Assembly (NCBI GenBank): GCA_944332025.1
Contig: CALVJB010000004.1
Location: 1-55,759 of the forward strand
DNA: 55,759 nucleotides
DNA from: an uncultured Bacilli bacterium
GTDB taxonomy: Bacteria; Bacillota_I; Bacilli_A; RF39; UBA660
Direction of reading: 5' to 3'
The notes beneath the pieces were generated by a model, which did not search any database, was not told the DNA's origin, and was given only the letters and a program-made list of their open reading frames with translations. A program made the position numbers and the translations under genes. How positions within the stretch are numbered: the first letter of the stretch is position 1; each line of letters opens with the position of its first letter. Below are positions 1 through 10,094 of the stretch, one piece after another.

Positions 1-76
1 CCATCTCGCAATTTAAGTATATCATATTTCTTTAGTTTTGTGTCAACTAATTATTTATTTATGGCTGAGTAGTAAC

Positions 77-103
77 AAAAATACTATTCTTGACAGTATT
101 TTT
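77..103 (-). terminator. Probable original terminator of the J-domain gene, now separated from it by the IS
   Basis: Inverted repeat aaaaatact...agtattttt lies directly after the reconstructed pre-insertion stop codon. Confidence 0.55.
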
Positions 104-115
104 TATAAAGTAGAG

Positions 116-144
116 TTGTTCGGAAATTAAAAATGTGGTATAAT
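116..144 (+). promoter_or_regulatory. Transposase sigma-A promoter overlapping the left TIR
   Basis: TTGTTC (116-121), 17 bp, TATAAT (139-144) with an extended TG. Confidence 0.65.
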
Positions 145-264
145 TTAAGTGCTAGATATGAAAGAAGGAAATTAGAAAGTAGCCTTTATGGAGTAACTTT
201 AATTCATATCTAGCAATTTGAATTTCCTAAGTTATTCCATAAAGGCTATTTTAGTGGAATAAAA

Positions 265-1101
265 ATGGGAAAAGAACAGTATTCAGAAGAAAGATTAAAG
301 AAGTTAAATTATACAAAGTTTGTGCGATTATTAGGAGTTGGAAGAGTAATATTTTATGCAATGATAAGAACAATTCAAAAAGAATTAAATAAAAAGCATA
401 AAAATAAAAGAGGAAGAACACCTAAATATGGTGCTAGAGAAATGGTTATAATATTTCTTTTATACATAAAACAATATAATGCAATGGAAGATTATGCTTT
501 TGAATGGGACGTATCTAAAAGCGTTATATGTGAATACATACATTTTGTATTAAATACACTTTTAAAAGATAGAAATTTTACTCTTATGGGTTCTAAATGC
601 ACAAAAAATGAAAATTCTGAAAACAGATTACTAGATGTTACAGAAATCAGAATTCAAAGACCAAAATACAATCAAAAAAGTAAATATTCTGGTAAAAAGA
701 AATATCATACAATGAAAATTCAAATTATTAAAGGAACAGATACAGGCTTTATTTATGAAATACAGATTGGATTAGGTGCAGAGCATGATTTTCACCTTTT
801 TAAGAGGACATTTGAAGGAACTCCCGAAAATGTTACTTACACAGCAGATTTAGGATATGTTGGAATAAATAAGATTCACAATAATAGTAAAATTCCTAAA
901 AAGAAAAGTAAAAATCATCCTCTTACTGAAGATGATATAAACTATAATAAGGATATTGGCTCGACTAGAATATTTATTGAACATACTAATGGTTGGATTA
1001 AAAGGTTTAAGATACTTAGTACTAAATTTAGAAATAATTTAAATTTTTTTGCACCATTTGCTGTTTTGATTTGTGCATTGTATAACTTTTATATTGCTTA
1101 A
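265..1101 (+). CDS. IS5-family DDE transposase (HTH plus DDE_Tnp_4-like)
   Basis: LLDVTE, YSGKKKYHTMK, ADLGYVG and RIFIEH motifs; N-terminal RGRTPK and HTH. Confidence 0.92.
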   Translation: MGKEQYSEERLKKLNYTKFVRLLGVGRVIFYAMIRTIQKELNKKHKNKRGRTPKYGAREMVIIFLLYIKQYNAMEDYAFEWDVSKSVICEYIHFVLNTLLKDRNFTLMGSKCTKNENSENRLLDVTEIRIQRPKYNQKSKYSGKKKYHTMKIQIIKGTDTGFIYEIQIGLGAEHDFHLFKRTFEGTPENVTYTADLGYVGINKIHNNSKIPKKKSKNHPLTEDDINYNKDIGSTRIFIEHTNGWIKRFKILSTKFRNNLNFFAPFAVLICALYNFYIA

Positions 1102-1790
1102 TTTAATTTCCGAACAACTCTAGTATGTTTATTAGTATCTTCTATTTTTGATACATTTTCTCTTTCTATAATTTTCTCATACCAATCAGGCATTAAGTCT
1201 AAAAAGTAAAGTGGTTCAAAAAAATATAAAAATGAAAATTTATTATTACTTGGAACTTCTAATTGAAAATCTTCTATAAAAGTTTCAATATTTTGTTTAA
1301 CAAAAGCATTTAATATTTGTGTTTCATTTTTTGCATATTCCATAGTTACAGGTTCTAAAATATGCATTGAAGGTGCTCTAGTTATATTTAATTTTGAAGC
1401 TTTAGCAATGTATGAGTCTAACATATTAAGCCTTGATTTGTTTATTTCAGGCTGTGCTTGATAATACGATTTTACTATTATTTCAGTTAATATTTGTTCT
1501 TTCTTTATTTGTTTATTCTTCTCATATCGTTCTTTTTCTTCTCTATCAGATTTTACTTCTTCATAAAAATTATTGTGTTCTAATATACTATATGCTTCAT
1601 TTATTATTTTTATTTTTTCTTCATATTCTCTAGAGTTTTCTGGATGGGCATCTGGGTGATTTGCAAATACTAAGCTTCTATATATCTTTTTAATATCAAT
1701 CTCTTTTGTTAATTTTTCTATTCCAAATATTTTTTTTGCTTCTTCTAATGTCATAATATTAAATTCCTCCCTTATAGCATTGTATATCAT
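1098..1790 (-). CDS. J-domain (DnaJ-like) protein; last codons supplied by the IS end
   Basis: YRSLVFANHPD and KIINEAYSIL J-domain motifs. Confidence 0.8.
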   Translation of the reverse strand: MIYNAIREEFNIMTLEEAKKIFGIEKLTKEIDIKKIYRSLVFANHPDAHPENSREYEEKIKIINEAYSILEHNNFYEEVKSDREEKERYEKNKQIKKEQILTEIIVKSYYQAQPEINKSRLNMLDSYIAKASKLNITRAPSMHILEPVTMEYAKNETQILNAFVKQNIETFIEDFQLEVPSNNKFSFLYFFEPLYFLDLMPDWYEKIIERENVSKIEDTNKHTRVVRKLN

Positions 1791-1802
1791 AAAATGATTA
1801 TT

Positions 1803-2777
1803 TTACTGATTAGCATTTGATATTTTGTAATATTTATTATGTGGGATTTTTAAACTAAGCTTTTTTTGTTTAAATCCATCATCACTTAGTCTTTTATAAT
1901 CAGTAGATACTAAAAGACTTTGAATATATTCTTTGACATCTTTATCTTCTTCTTTTTCTGAAAGCCTTTGTAATTCTTCGATTGTTCTTTTTCTAACTTT
2001 ACCTTCTTCATCTTGATAATATTCTATTTGTAATTGTGGAAAACAATTATACCATCCTGGATTTTGTCTGATTAAAAAATCAAAGGCTTCTTCAAAATCC
2101 CAGAAAAAATTATTAAATCTAATATTACTTCTAAAATCACGAAGATAATTGTGATATTGAAGTCTGTTATTAGTAGAAATATTAAGTAGTTTTAGGTCAT
2201 CTTCTTTATTTAGAGTTATATTCATATATTTTATTATTTCTCTAAATAAATCTACTCCTTCCATATTAGCTAGTTTCTCTTCAGAATCAAACTTATAATT
2301 ATCACTATAATAGTCATATTTAAAAATAGGTGCCGTGGTTTCAGCCTCATGTCGTATTAATGTTTCTTTAGCAGCTCTTACAATATTTTTATTTATTACT
2401 CCAGCATTTAAGTCAGTATCATATTTAAAATGTATAAGCTCATGGCAAATATCAAAAAAGACAAGAATATTTCCTTTAAAAATGTTCCATGGTATAGTTT
2501 CATCCAATCTAATCATATTATAATGATAATCTCCGTTAGTGTTGCCGTTAAAATCAACTATTTTTACTTTAGGATCTTTTCCTCTATAATCAGCAAAGTC
2601 CATTTTTATTAGATAGTATCTCATAATCTCTTCAATAAAATTTGTTAATACTTCTTTGAATTCATTATATAAAATAATAGGTTCTATATTATCTTTATTA
2701 GTATAGTGATAAGAAAACACTTTAGATAGTATTTGAAAGTTTTTAGATTCTTTTATTTCTTCAGTTATTAAATCCAC
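1803..2777 (-). CDS. Hypothetical zinc metallopeptidase-like protein
   Basis: HELIH (HExxH) with a downstream EEKLAN gluzincin-like glutamate. Confidence 0.55.
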   Translation of the reverse strand: MDLITEEIKESKNFQILSKVFSYHYTNKDNIEPIILYNEFKEVLTNFIEEIMRYYLIKMDFADYRGKDPKVKIVDFNGNTNGDYHYNMIRLDETIPWNIFKGNILVFFDICHELIHFKYDTDLNAGVINKNIVRAAKETLIRHEAETTAPIFKYDYYSDNYKFDSEEKLANMEGVDLFREIIKYMNITLNKEDDLKLLNISTNNRLQYHNYLRDFRSNIRFNNFFWDFEEAFDFLIRQNPGWYNCFPQLQIEYYQDEEGKVRKRTIEELQRLSEKEEDKDVKEYIQSLLVSTDYKRLSDDGFKQKKLSLKIPHNKYYKISNANQ

Positions 2778-2828
2778 TCTCCATCTCCCCTTTAGTGAGG
2801 CTTATTATACTACAAAATCAAAAAAAAA

Positions 2829-2993
2829 TCAAGCATAGATGCTTGTTATGATAATAGTTGCAACTAAAGCGATTAGGAATAGTACTAGACTAGTTACCCA
2901 TACTTTTTTCTGTTTCTTTTTATAACCTAAGATAAATAAAGCGATTAAAGCGATATAAAGAATCGCAAATAAAATAATCATACCAATTCTCAT
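2829..2993 (-). CDS. Small 54-aa two-helix membrane protein, absent from the ORF track
   Basis: Hand translation MRIGMIILFAILYIALIALFILGYKKKQKKVWVTSLVLFLIALVATIIITSIYA; RBS agaaggtg; hairpin and T-run at the stop. Confidence 0.7.
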   Translation of the reverse strand: MRIGMIILFAILYIALIALFILGYKKKQKKVWVTSLVLFLIALVATIIITSIYA

Positions 2994-3157
2994 TAATAAC
3001 ACCTTCTATTCTATAAGTATTATATCAATGTTTTTATAGAGATACAATTATTATTTTTTGTTACTTTAGATTGTTACAGGTGTATATTAATACACTTGGT
3101 AGAAGCATTTTAAAAGGAAGAGTTTTTGCTCCTCCTTGGTTTTTAATTAGTTTAATT

Positions 3158-4429
3158 TTAATCTTTTAAAGTCCCAATTGATACTACATATATTCCATCA
3201 TCTCGTTTATATGAATAATCTGCCCCTGTTAATACCATTAAAAATGATGGTTCTTTATATTTATCTGTATCTACATTTTCTTTAAATTTAGTTAAATTTG
3301 AAACTGCATCAGGAATTTCTCCTGCTCCTAATTTAATTTCAATTGCTCCCCATTTACCATCAGCTGTTTCTAAAATACAATCTACTTCAAAATTATTTTT
3401 ATCTCTATAATAAGATAATCTTGCATCAATAGCATCAGCATATATCTTTAAATCTCTCATACACATATTTTCAAAGATGAAGCCTGTAAAATTTAAATCA
3501 TTTATTAAATCTTCTCTTTTCAAATTTAATGTTGCTATTACAATGGAAGGATCAACTAATTCTAATTTAGGTGAAACTCTTAAAGGAGTTTTAGATCTTA
3601 AATTAAGATTTGTAGCAGGAATATATTCTAATATATATAGTTTTTCTAAAGTATTTAAATAATCATCTAATGTAGGACGAGAAACTTCACTAGCAAATTC
3701 TCTCTTAACACTTTCTAAAATAGTACTTTTACTTACATTTGTTGATATATTCCTAGAGATACTCTTTAAAACTGCCCTCATTTTTGAAGTGTTTCGGCTG
3801 GCACCATCTACATTTTTTATTTCTTCGTTTAATAAACTTTGAACATAATCTTTAGAAATTTTATATTTATTATCTCCATTAATATTTAAAGATTCAGGCC
3901 ACCCACCTCTTATCATAGCATTGATTAAGCCGTCAAAGTCTAGTTCTGATATTCCTGATATATCATTACCATTTATAATATCATTTAAAGATACACTGCC
4001 ATTAGATTCTAAAGATTCATATAATGACATAGGTCTCATAAGTAATTTTGTAATTCTTCCAGTTCCAGTATGCATAACACTATCTTCCTGTGGTCTAGCA
4101 GAACCAGTTAAAATATATTGTCCTTTTAGTCCTGTATGATCAATATCCATTCTTATAGAATCCCAAAGGGCAGGATACATTTGCCATTCAACAAATAGTC
4201 TTGGCTTTTTCCCTTCTAAAAATAATGATGGTTTAGTTTGATTTGTTTTATCATATTGCATCTTTTTATCAGGATCTTGAAATTCAATATAACTTTTGGC
4301 AAATTGTTTTGCTGTAGTTGATTTTCCGCACCATTTACATCCTTCAATTAAAACTGCTCCCATATATTCAAGTTTGTTTTGTAACATTTTATCTATAATT
4401 CTAGGTAAATATTTTTTCATTAATATCAC
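3158..4429 (-). CDS. AAA_14/DUF4143 ATP-binding protein with a variant Walker B
   Basis: GCKWCGKST Walker A; ILTGS; RGGWP; C-terminal EVDCIL...AIEIK PD-(D/E)xK-like motif. Confidence 0.88.
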   Translation of the reverse strand: MILMKKYLPRIIDKMLQNKLEYMGAVLIEGCKWCGKSTTAKQFAKSYIEFQDPDKKMQYDKTNQTKPSLFLEGKKPRLFVEWQMYPALWDSIRMDIDHTGLKGQYILTGSARPQEDSVMHTGTGRITKLLMRPMSLYESLESNGSVSLNDIINGNDISGISELDFDGLINAMIRGGWPESLNINGDNKYKISKDYVQSLLNEEIKNVDGASRNTSKMRAVLKSISRNISTNVSKSTILESVKREFASEVSRPTLDDYLNTLEKLYILEYIPATNLNLRSKTPLRVSPKLELVDPSIVIATLNLKREDLINDLNFTGFIFENMCMRDLKIYADAIDARLSYYRDKNNFEVDCILETADGKWGAIEIKLGAGEIPDAVSNLTKFKENVDTDKYKEPSFLMVLTGADYSYKRDDGIYVVSIGTLKD

Positions 4430-4477
4430 CCTCCCACATTAGATTACATTATTTTTTTAAGTTTTTGTTAAGAGTTT

Positions 4478-4539
4478 ATTTTACATTTTGGCTCACTTTC
4501 ATTTTGCATTTTGGCTGTATTTTACTTTATCTTTTGGCT
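4478..4539. repeat. Three direct repeats with a 23-bp period upstream of the ATPase promoter
   Basis: attttacattttggct (4478), attttgcattttggct (4501), actttatcttttggct (4524). Confidence 0.85.
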
Positions 4540-4551
4540 ATTCAATATTTT

Positions 4552-4938
4552 CTAATTATTAAACCTTAATAAATAACCATCAGGATCTTGAATTAAAAAC
4601 TCTTTATCTAAATATGTTTTACCATTAACATCGTATTCATTTGTCATTATGTCTTTAAAGAATGTTATATTTTTATTAACTAATTCTTGATAATAGTTAT
4701 CTATATCACTTACAGTCATGCTTATATTTATACCCCTACCAAAGGGATACTCTAACTTTCCTGTATTCCAGTTATCATTAATTTCTTCTATCATTAATTG
4801 ATTACCTTCTAATTCTAAAAAGGCAAATTTATCTTCTTTTCTTTCATACATTATTTTAAATCCTAGATTAAGATAAAACTCTTTACTTTTATCTATATTA
4901 GTTACACTTAACTCTGGTATTAATTTGTTAAATTTCAT
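4552..4938 (-). CDS. VOC/glyoxalase/bleomycin-resistance family protein
   Basis: LIPEL.V, SKEFY..LGF, PFGRGIN and QDPDGYLLRF motifs. Confidence 0.88.
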   Translation of the reverse strand: MKFNKLIPELSVTNIDKSKEFYLNLGFKIMYERKEDKFAFLELEGNQLMIEEINDNWNTGKLEYPFGRGINISMTVSDIDNYYQELVNKNITFFKDIMTNEYDVNGKTYLDKEFLIQDPDGYLLRFNN

Positions 4939-5037
4939 AATAATTTCCTTCCTTTGTTACAATTATATCATTTACTAGACTATAATAATAACTTATTTTC
5001 TTATTAAGAATAAACTATATTGGAAAGGAGAATTGCT

Positions 5038-5520
<483 letters not shown>

Positions 5521-5543
5521 AAACTCACATTATCGTGAGTTTT

Positions 5544-5990
5544 TTAGTTTAATAGAAATATACCAATATTAAGGTAAGTTGCAAATAGCAACCATATCAG
5601 ATAAGGAATTTGTAAACAACCACTTATTTTATTATTCTTTAATAATTCTTTAATCATAATTATAACTAATATTAGTAATAAAATTATCCAAAAGAAAGCG
5701 GTAAAGTACATTTTTAAAACAAAGAAAATTATTGGCCAGAAGAAATTTACTAAAAGTTGTAATATGTATATTTGATTTAATTCCTTATCATTTTCATTAT
5801 CTTTGGTAGCAATAAAGTAAGATATTCCCATTAAGATATAAAGTATAGTCCAAACAATAGGAAATGCTATGCTTGGTGGACTTAGTGGTGGTTTTACCAT
5901 ATCCCCGTAATTCATATAACCTGATATAATTAAGCCTACTAATACCCCTCCTACTATTGGCAATAAACTATAAATTATTCTTTTAATCAT
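5544..5990 (-). CDS. TspO/MBR family membrane protein
   Basis: KPPLSPP, FPIVWTILYILMG, NFFWPIIFF and PYLIWLLFATYLN motifs. Confidence 0.92.
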   Translation of the reverse strand: MIKRIIYSLLPIVGGVLVGLIISGYMNYGDMVKPPLSPPSIAFPIVWTILYILMGISYFIATKDNENDKELNQIYILQLLVNFFWPIIFFVLKMYFTAFFWIILLLILVIIMIKELLKNNKISGCLQIPYLIWLLFATYLNIGIFLLN

Positions 5991-6066
5991 AAAGTCCTCC
6001 TTAATATATTTATATGCAACTATTACTTTTTTATAAGTTTTTCATAAAATATATAGAGGTGTATTT

Positions 6067-7158
6067 ATGAGTAAATATAAAGTATGTGTTTATACTATAT
6101 GTTTAAATGAAGAGAAATTTGTTGATAGATGGTATGAGTCTATGAAGGAAGCTGATGAGATTTATGTTCTTGATACAGGTTCTACTGATAATACGGTAGA
6201 AAAACTAAAAGAAAAAGGTGTTCATGTAGAGGTTAAAAAAATAGAGCCTTGGAGATTTGATGTAGCAAGAAATGAGTCTTTAAAATTAGTTCCAGTTGAT
6301 ACTGATATTTGTGTATGTACTGATTTAGATGAAGTATTCTTACCTGGTTGGAGAGATGAGTTAGAGAAAGCTTGGCATGATAATACTACAAGACTTAGAT
6401 ATATTTATAACTGGTATTTAGATGAAAACAATAATCCTATAATAAGTTTTTATTATGAGAAGATTCATAAAAGATTAGGTTATTCTTGGTATCATCCAGT
6501 TCATGAAATATTAAAGTATGATGGAGTTGAAACATATAATGTTACTGATAATATCATTTTAAATCATTATCCTGATAGAACTAAGTCTAGAAGTAGTTAT
6601 CTTCCTTTACTTGAAATGAGTGTTAAAGAAGATCCTAATGATGATAGAAATATGCATTACTTAGGTCGTGAATATATGTATTATGATAAGTATAATGAAG
6701 CGATTGATACTTTGATTAGACATTTGAAATTAAAAAATGCTACTTGGAAAGATGAAAGGTGTGCTTCTATGAGATTTATTGGTAGATGTTATAAGTACTT
6801 AAAAAGATATGATGAAGCGAAGATGTGGCTAGAGAAAGCAATTAAGGAAGCTCCATATTTAAGAGATCCTTATATGGAAATGGCTTTACTTTATTATGAA
6901 TTAGATGATTATGACAATACTATTCATTATGTTAATCTTGCTTTAAATATAAAAAGTCATACTAAGAGCTATATAAATGAGACATTTAGTTTTGGTTATA
7001 CTCCATATGATTTATTAAGTATTTCATACTATAATAAAGGAGAAATAGAAGCTAGTAAAGTATTCTTAGAGAAAGCAATAAAGATAGAGCCAAATGATGA
7101 GAGGCTTAATAATAACTTAAAGATAATTAATGAGAAATTAAAAGAAACTACTGAGTAA
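6067..7158 (+). CDS. GT2 glycosyltransferase with TPR repeats
   Basis: ICLNEE, DTGSTDNT, FDVARN, DLDE and HPVHE motifs; C-terminal TPR pattern. Confidence 0.9.
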   Translation: MSKYKVCVYTICLNEEKFVDRWYESMKEADEIYVLDTGSTDNTVEKLKEKGVHVEVKKIEPWRFDVARNESLKLVPVDTDICVCTDLDEVFLPGWRDELEKAWHDNTTRLRYIYNWYLDENNNPIISFYYEKIHKRLGYSWYHPVHEILKYDGVETYNVTDNIILNHYPDRTKSRSSYLPLLEMSVKEDPNDDRNMHYLGREYMYYDKYNEAIDTLIRHLKLKNATWKDERCASMRFIGRCYKYLKRYDEAKMWLEKAIKEAPYLRDPYMEMALLYYELDDYDNTIHYVNLALNIKSHTKSYINETFSFGYTPYDLLSISYYNKGEIEASKVFLEKAIKIEPNDERLNNNLKIINEKLKETTE

Positions 7159-7171
7159 ATTTTCAGTAGTT

Positions 7172-7936
7172 TTAATCTATGAAGTCAAAACCTTTTATTT
7201 TTACCTTACTTCTTCTATATTTATCACGTTTTTCTAAAGGTACAGTTTTACAGATTGACTCAAGTTCCATTTTTAATCTTAATTCTTTATCAGAAATCAT
7301 ATAATCTGGTAAAGACCAATTAACATACTTACCTTGTTTTTCATCATAGACTTGTTTAGGAATTTGATATATCTTATAGTCATGTAAAATATAATCATAG
7401 AAGGTCTCATAGATATTAAATTTTGATGTAGTAATCGTTCTATAAAGTGTACTTTCAACAGAATCATAATTACAAGCCATTACTAAAATATCTTTTAAAA
7501 ATCTATCTCTTCCTATAAAGTTTTCTGTTTCTTTTTTTATGCCTGTAGCATAAGACAAATCAACATATTCATTTATGTCATCCCAAATAGTATATTTACT
7601 TTTATAAACATTGATTAAATATTTTACTAAAGCTAAACGCATTTTTTGTTCTTTGGGATTAACATCATATTCTCTTGTACATAAAACATGTTCCCAATCT
7701 ATTAAATTTTGTAATATCTCATCTTTAGTAAAGTATCTTAATTCATCTTCATCTGGATTAGTATAACTCATGAAAAATGGAAGAACGAATCCACCTGCGT
7801 GAGCAACTCTTGTATAACCATCGACATCAAAAAGTGTTCCTTCAGGGGTAATATAAGTTCCATCATTCCACCACTTTTTATCATTTTTATCTCTTTTTCC
7901 AAATCTTTCAACATAGTTATCATAATAATAAGTCAT
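7172..7936 (-). CDS. Hypothetical protein
   Basis: 254-aa ORF with RBS ggagga; no recognised motif. Confidence 0.7.
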   Translation of the reverse strand: MTYYYDNYVERFGKRDKNDKKWWNDGTYITPEGTLFDVDGYTRVAHAGGFVLPFFMSYTNPDEDELRYFTKDEILQNLIDWEHVLCTREYDVNPKEQKMRLALVKYLINVYKSKYTIWDDINEYVDLSYATGIKKETENFIGRDRFLKDILVMACNYDSVESTLYRTITTSKFNIYETFYDYILHDYKIYQIPKQVYDEKQGKYVNWSLPDYMISDKELRLKMELESICKTVPLEKRDKYRRSKVKIKGFDFID

Positions 7937-8053
7937 AGATATTCCTCCAATTAATAAATTAGTTTTATAATATCACATTTTTATATGTTTCACACTAATT
8001 TATTTGCTATTTCCCCATCTTTTCATTATAATAACTAGCATGGAGGAAAGAAT

Positions 8054-8848
8054 ATGAAAGTAAAAGAAGCTTTAGGTATTAATGATTATGACTTTATTTA
8101 TTATGAATTAGATCCTGAACAACAGCCTACTGAAGAAGTAATTAAAACAAGTGAATTTATTGAAAATGACTTTGCTAACTATCTAAAGGAAAATTATCCT
8201 AATTATTATAGTAAAAACATAAGAATTAAGTTTATAAACTGGGGACATATGAAAGTTGTTTATGTCTTAGATAATGGGCATAAAAAACATACTTTATTAA
8301 TGGGACAACCTAATTTAGAATATGGTAAAGTAAAGAGTGAATATGACAACTTAAAAATCCTTAGTAAAAATAATGATGATATAGTTAGTCCCCTACTTTA
8401 TTATGGTAGTCCTAAGTATAATAGAGAAATTTATATGACTCCTTACTATTATCAAGCTAGATGTATAAGTTATTTAGATGAAAAGTTAGGTATTTATGTA
8501 CCTGAACCTGATTATCATTTTGAAGAGTTTATGGAAGTTGATAAATATGTTATTGAAGAAGTTATTACTGCTAAGATAATATCTTTATATAATCAAAATA
8601 CTCATATTGGGCTTGATGAGTTTAATGTTAGTAGTGGTGACTTTATTTTAGAAAGAGGATTTGAAGACAGTAAAAATAATTCTAGTAAGCTCTTTGAAGA
8701 AATGAAGGTAATTGCAGCAAGAAAACTAGTTAATATGTCATTAGATGATTATATAGATTTAATTTATGAAAGACTTGAGAAGTTTAATAGTAAAAATATT
8801 GATAAAGGTATAGAATTAGGCTTTAGTAAAGTCAAAAAAAGAACTTAG
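8054..8848 (+). CDS. Hypothetical protein, possible kinase/phosphotransferase-like fold
   Basis: WGHMKVVY, EYDNLKIL and SGDFIL loosely follow kinase subdomain order; RBS ggagga. Confidence 0.45.
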   Translation: MKVKEALGINDYDFIYYELDPEQQPTEEVIKTSEFIENDFANYLKENYPNYYSKNIRIKFINWGHMKVVYVLDNGHKKHTLLMGQPNLEYGKVKSEYDNLKILSKNNDDIVSPLLYYGSPKYNREIYMTPYYYQARCISYLDEKLGIYVPEPDYHFEEFMEVDKYVIEEVITAKIISLYNQNTHIGLDEFNVSSGDFILERGFEDSKNNSSKLFEEMKVIAARKLVNMSLDDYIDLIYERLEKFNSKNIDKGIELGFSKVKKRT

Positions 8849-8862
8849 TAATTATCTAAGTT

Positions 8863-10083
8863 CTATTTATTTTGTAGTTTACCTTTCATTCCTTTTAGGC
8901 CATTATGGGCGAATCCTTGTAAGATATTTGTTTTGAATGAATGTGTTTTACTTTCACGTTTTTTATAATCTTTAATAGCAATACTAATCATATCATCTAA
9001 TAGTTCAGTATAATCTTTTCCTTTAGGATCCCATAGATAGAATGCTAGTGAACCTGGTATTGAGTTAATCTCATTAACATATACTTTTTTAGCTTTACTA
9101 TCGATTAACATATCAATACGAGCGTCTCCACTACTTCCAAGGGCTCTAAATACTTTAATAGCAAGTTCTTCTACTTCTTTACTCATTTTATCTGTAAGGT
9201 CTGCTGGTATTTTTCTATCTGCTGAAGCCATTCCTTTAGATCCTTTAAGAGGTGTCATTTTAGCTCCTAGTTTTCCTTTAACTTTACCACTACCAATATA
9301 TTTTTCATCATAAGTTAGAAAGGCGCTTTTAGATAATACTTCTTCAATAACACTTGTTTCCTGATTTTCATAATTACCTAAAACAGAGACATTTACTTCC
9401 ATTAAGTTTTTAATTACTTCTTCTACTACTATCTTACTATCATAGTTAATAGCTTCTTCAATAGCTTTAACTAACTCATCTTTATTGTTTGCAACACCTA
9501 TTCCTACACTACTACCAGTTGTAGCAGGTTTTACAATAACTGGATATTTTATTTTCTCTATCTTTTTAATTACTTCATCAGGATCATTTTTATAATCTGT
9601 ATCATAGAACCATGTATATGCTGGAACTGGAATATCATTAGCTTTAAAGATATCTCTCATATAAGCTTTATCTTGTGATACTACTGCTGAGTAAACATTA
9701 GGTCCAACATAAGGAATACCCACTGTTTGGAAATATCCTTGTAGTACACCATCTTCTACATTAGTACCATGGGTAATTGGAAATATTACATCTAAGTCTG
9801 TAACAATTTTCTTAAATAATCCTTTACTTTGTAATACAAAGGCTCCATCTTTTTTATATAATACGACATTACTTGCATATTTCTTAATTAAATCTAAATC
9901 CCCGTATACTTCAACATCCATTAACATATTACCAGTATACCACTCACCATCTTTAGTTATATAGATAGGAATAATGTCATATTTTTCTTGATTTATTTTA
10001 TTCATGGCTTGAACTGCAGAAATAATACTTACTTCATGTTCAACGGATTCACCACCGAATACAACTCCTAATTTAATTTTCAT
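8863..10083 (-). CDS. ddl: D-alanine--D-alanine ligase
   Basis: FGGESVEHEVS, HGTNVEDG, VKPATTGSSVG and NEINSIPG motifs. Confidence 0.93.
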   Translation of the reverse strand: MKIKLGVVFGGESVEHEVSIISAVQAMNKINQEKYDIIPIYITKDGEWYTGNMLMDVEVYGDLDLIKKYASNVVLYKKDGAFVLQSKGLFKKIVTDLDVIFPITHGTNVEDGVLQGYFQTVGIPYVGPNVYSAVVSQDKAYMRDIFKANDIPVPAYTWFYDTDYKNDPDEVIKKIEKIKYPVIVKPATTGSSVGIGVANNKDELVKAIEEAINYDSKIVVEEVIKNLMEVNVSVLGNYENQETSVIEEVLSKSAFLTYDEKYIGSGKVKGKLGAKMTPLKGSKGMASADRKIPADLTDKMSKEVEELAIKVFRALGSSGDARIDMLIDSKAKKVYVNEINSIPGSLAFYLWDPKGKDYTELLDDMISIAIKDYKKRESKTHSFKTNILQGFAHNGLKGMKGKLQNK

Positions 10084-10094
10084 TCTATCTCCTC

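Larger units (their letters stand above)
113..1120 (+). mobile_element. Complete IS5-family (ISL2-like) insertion sequence, about 1008 bp
   Basis: Perfect inverted repeats tagagttgttcggaaattaaa (111-131) and tttaatttccgaacaactcta (1102-1122); the outer TA is read as the target-site duplication; a single transposase ORF lies inside. Confidence 0.92.

Noticed and set aside
1-46. tRNA or other RNA gene starting at the window edge, behind a minus-strand TGaTATACT promoter-like sequence
   Set aside because: Only a few nt of any transcript are visible, so it cannot be identified
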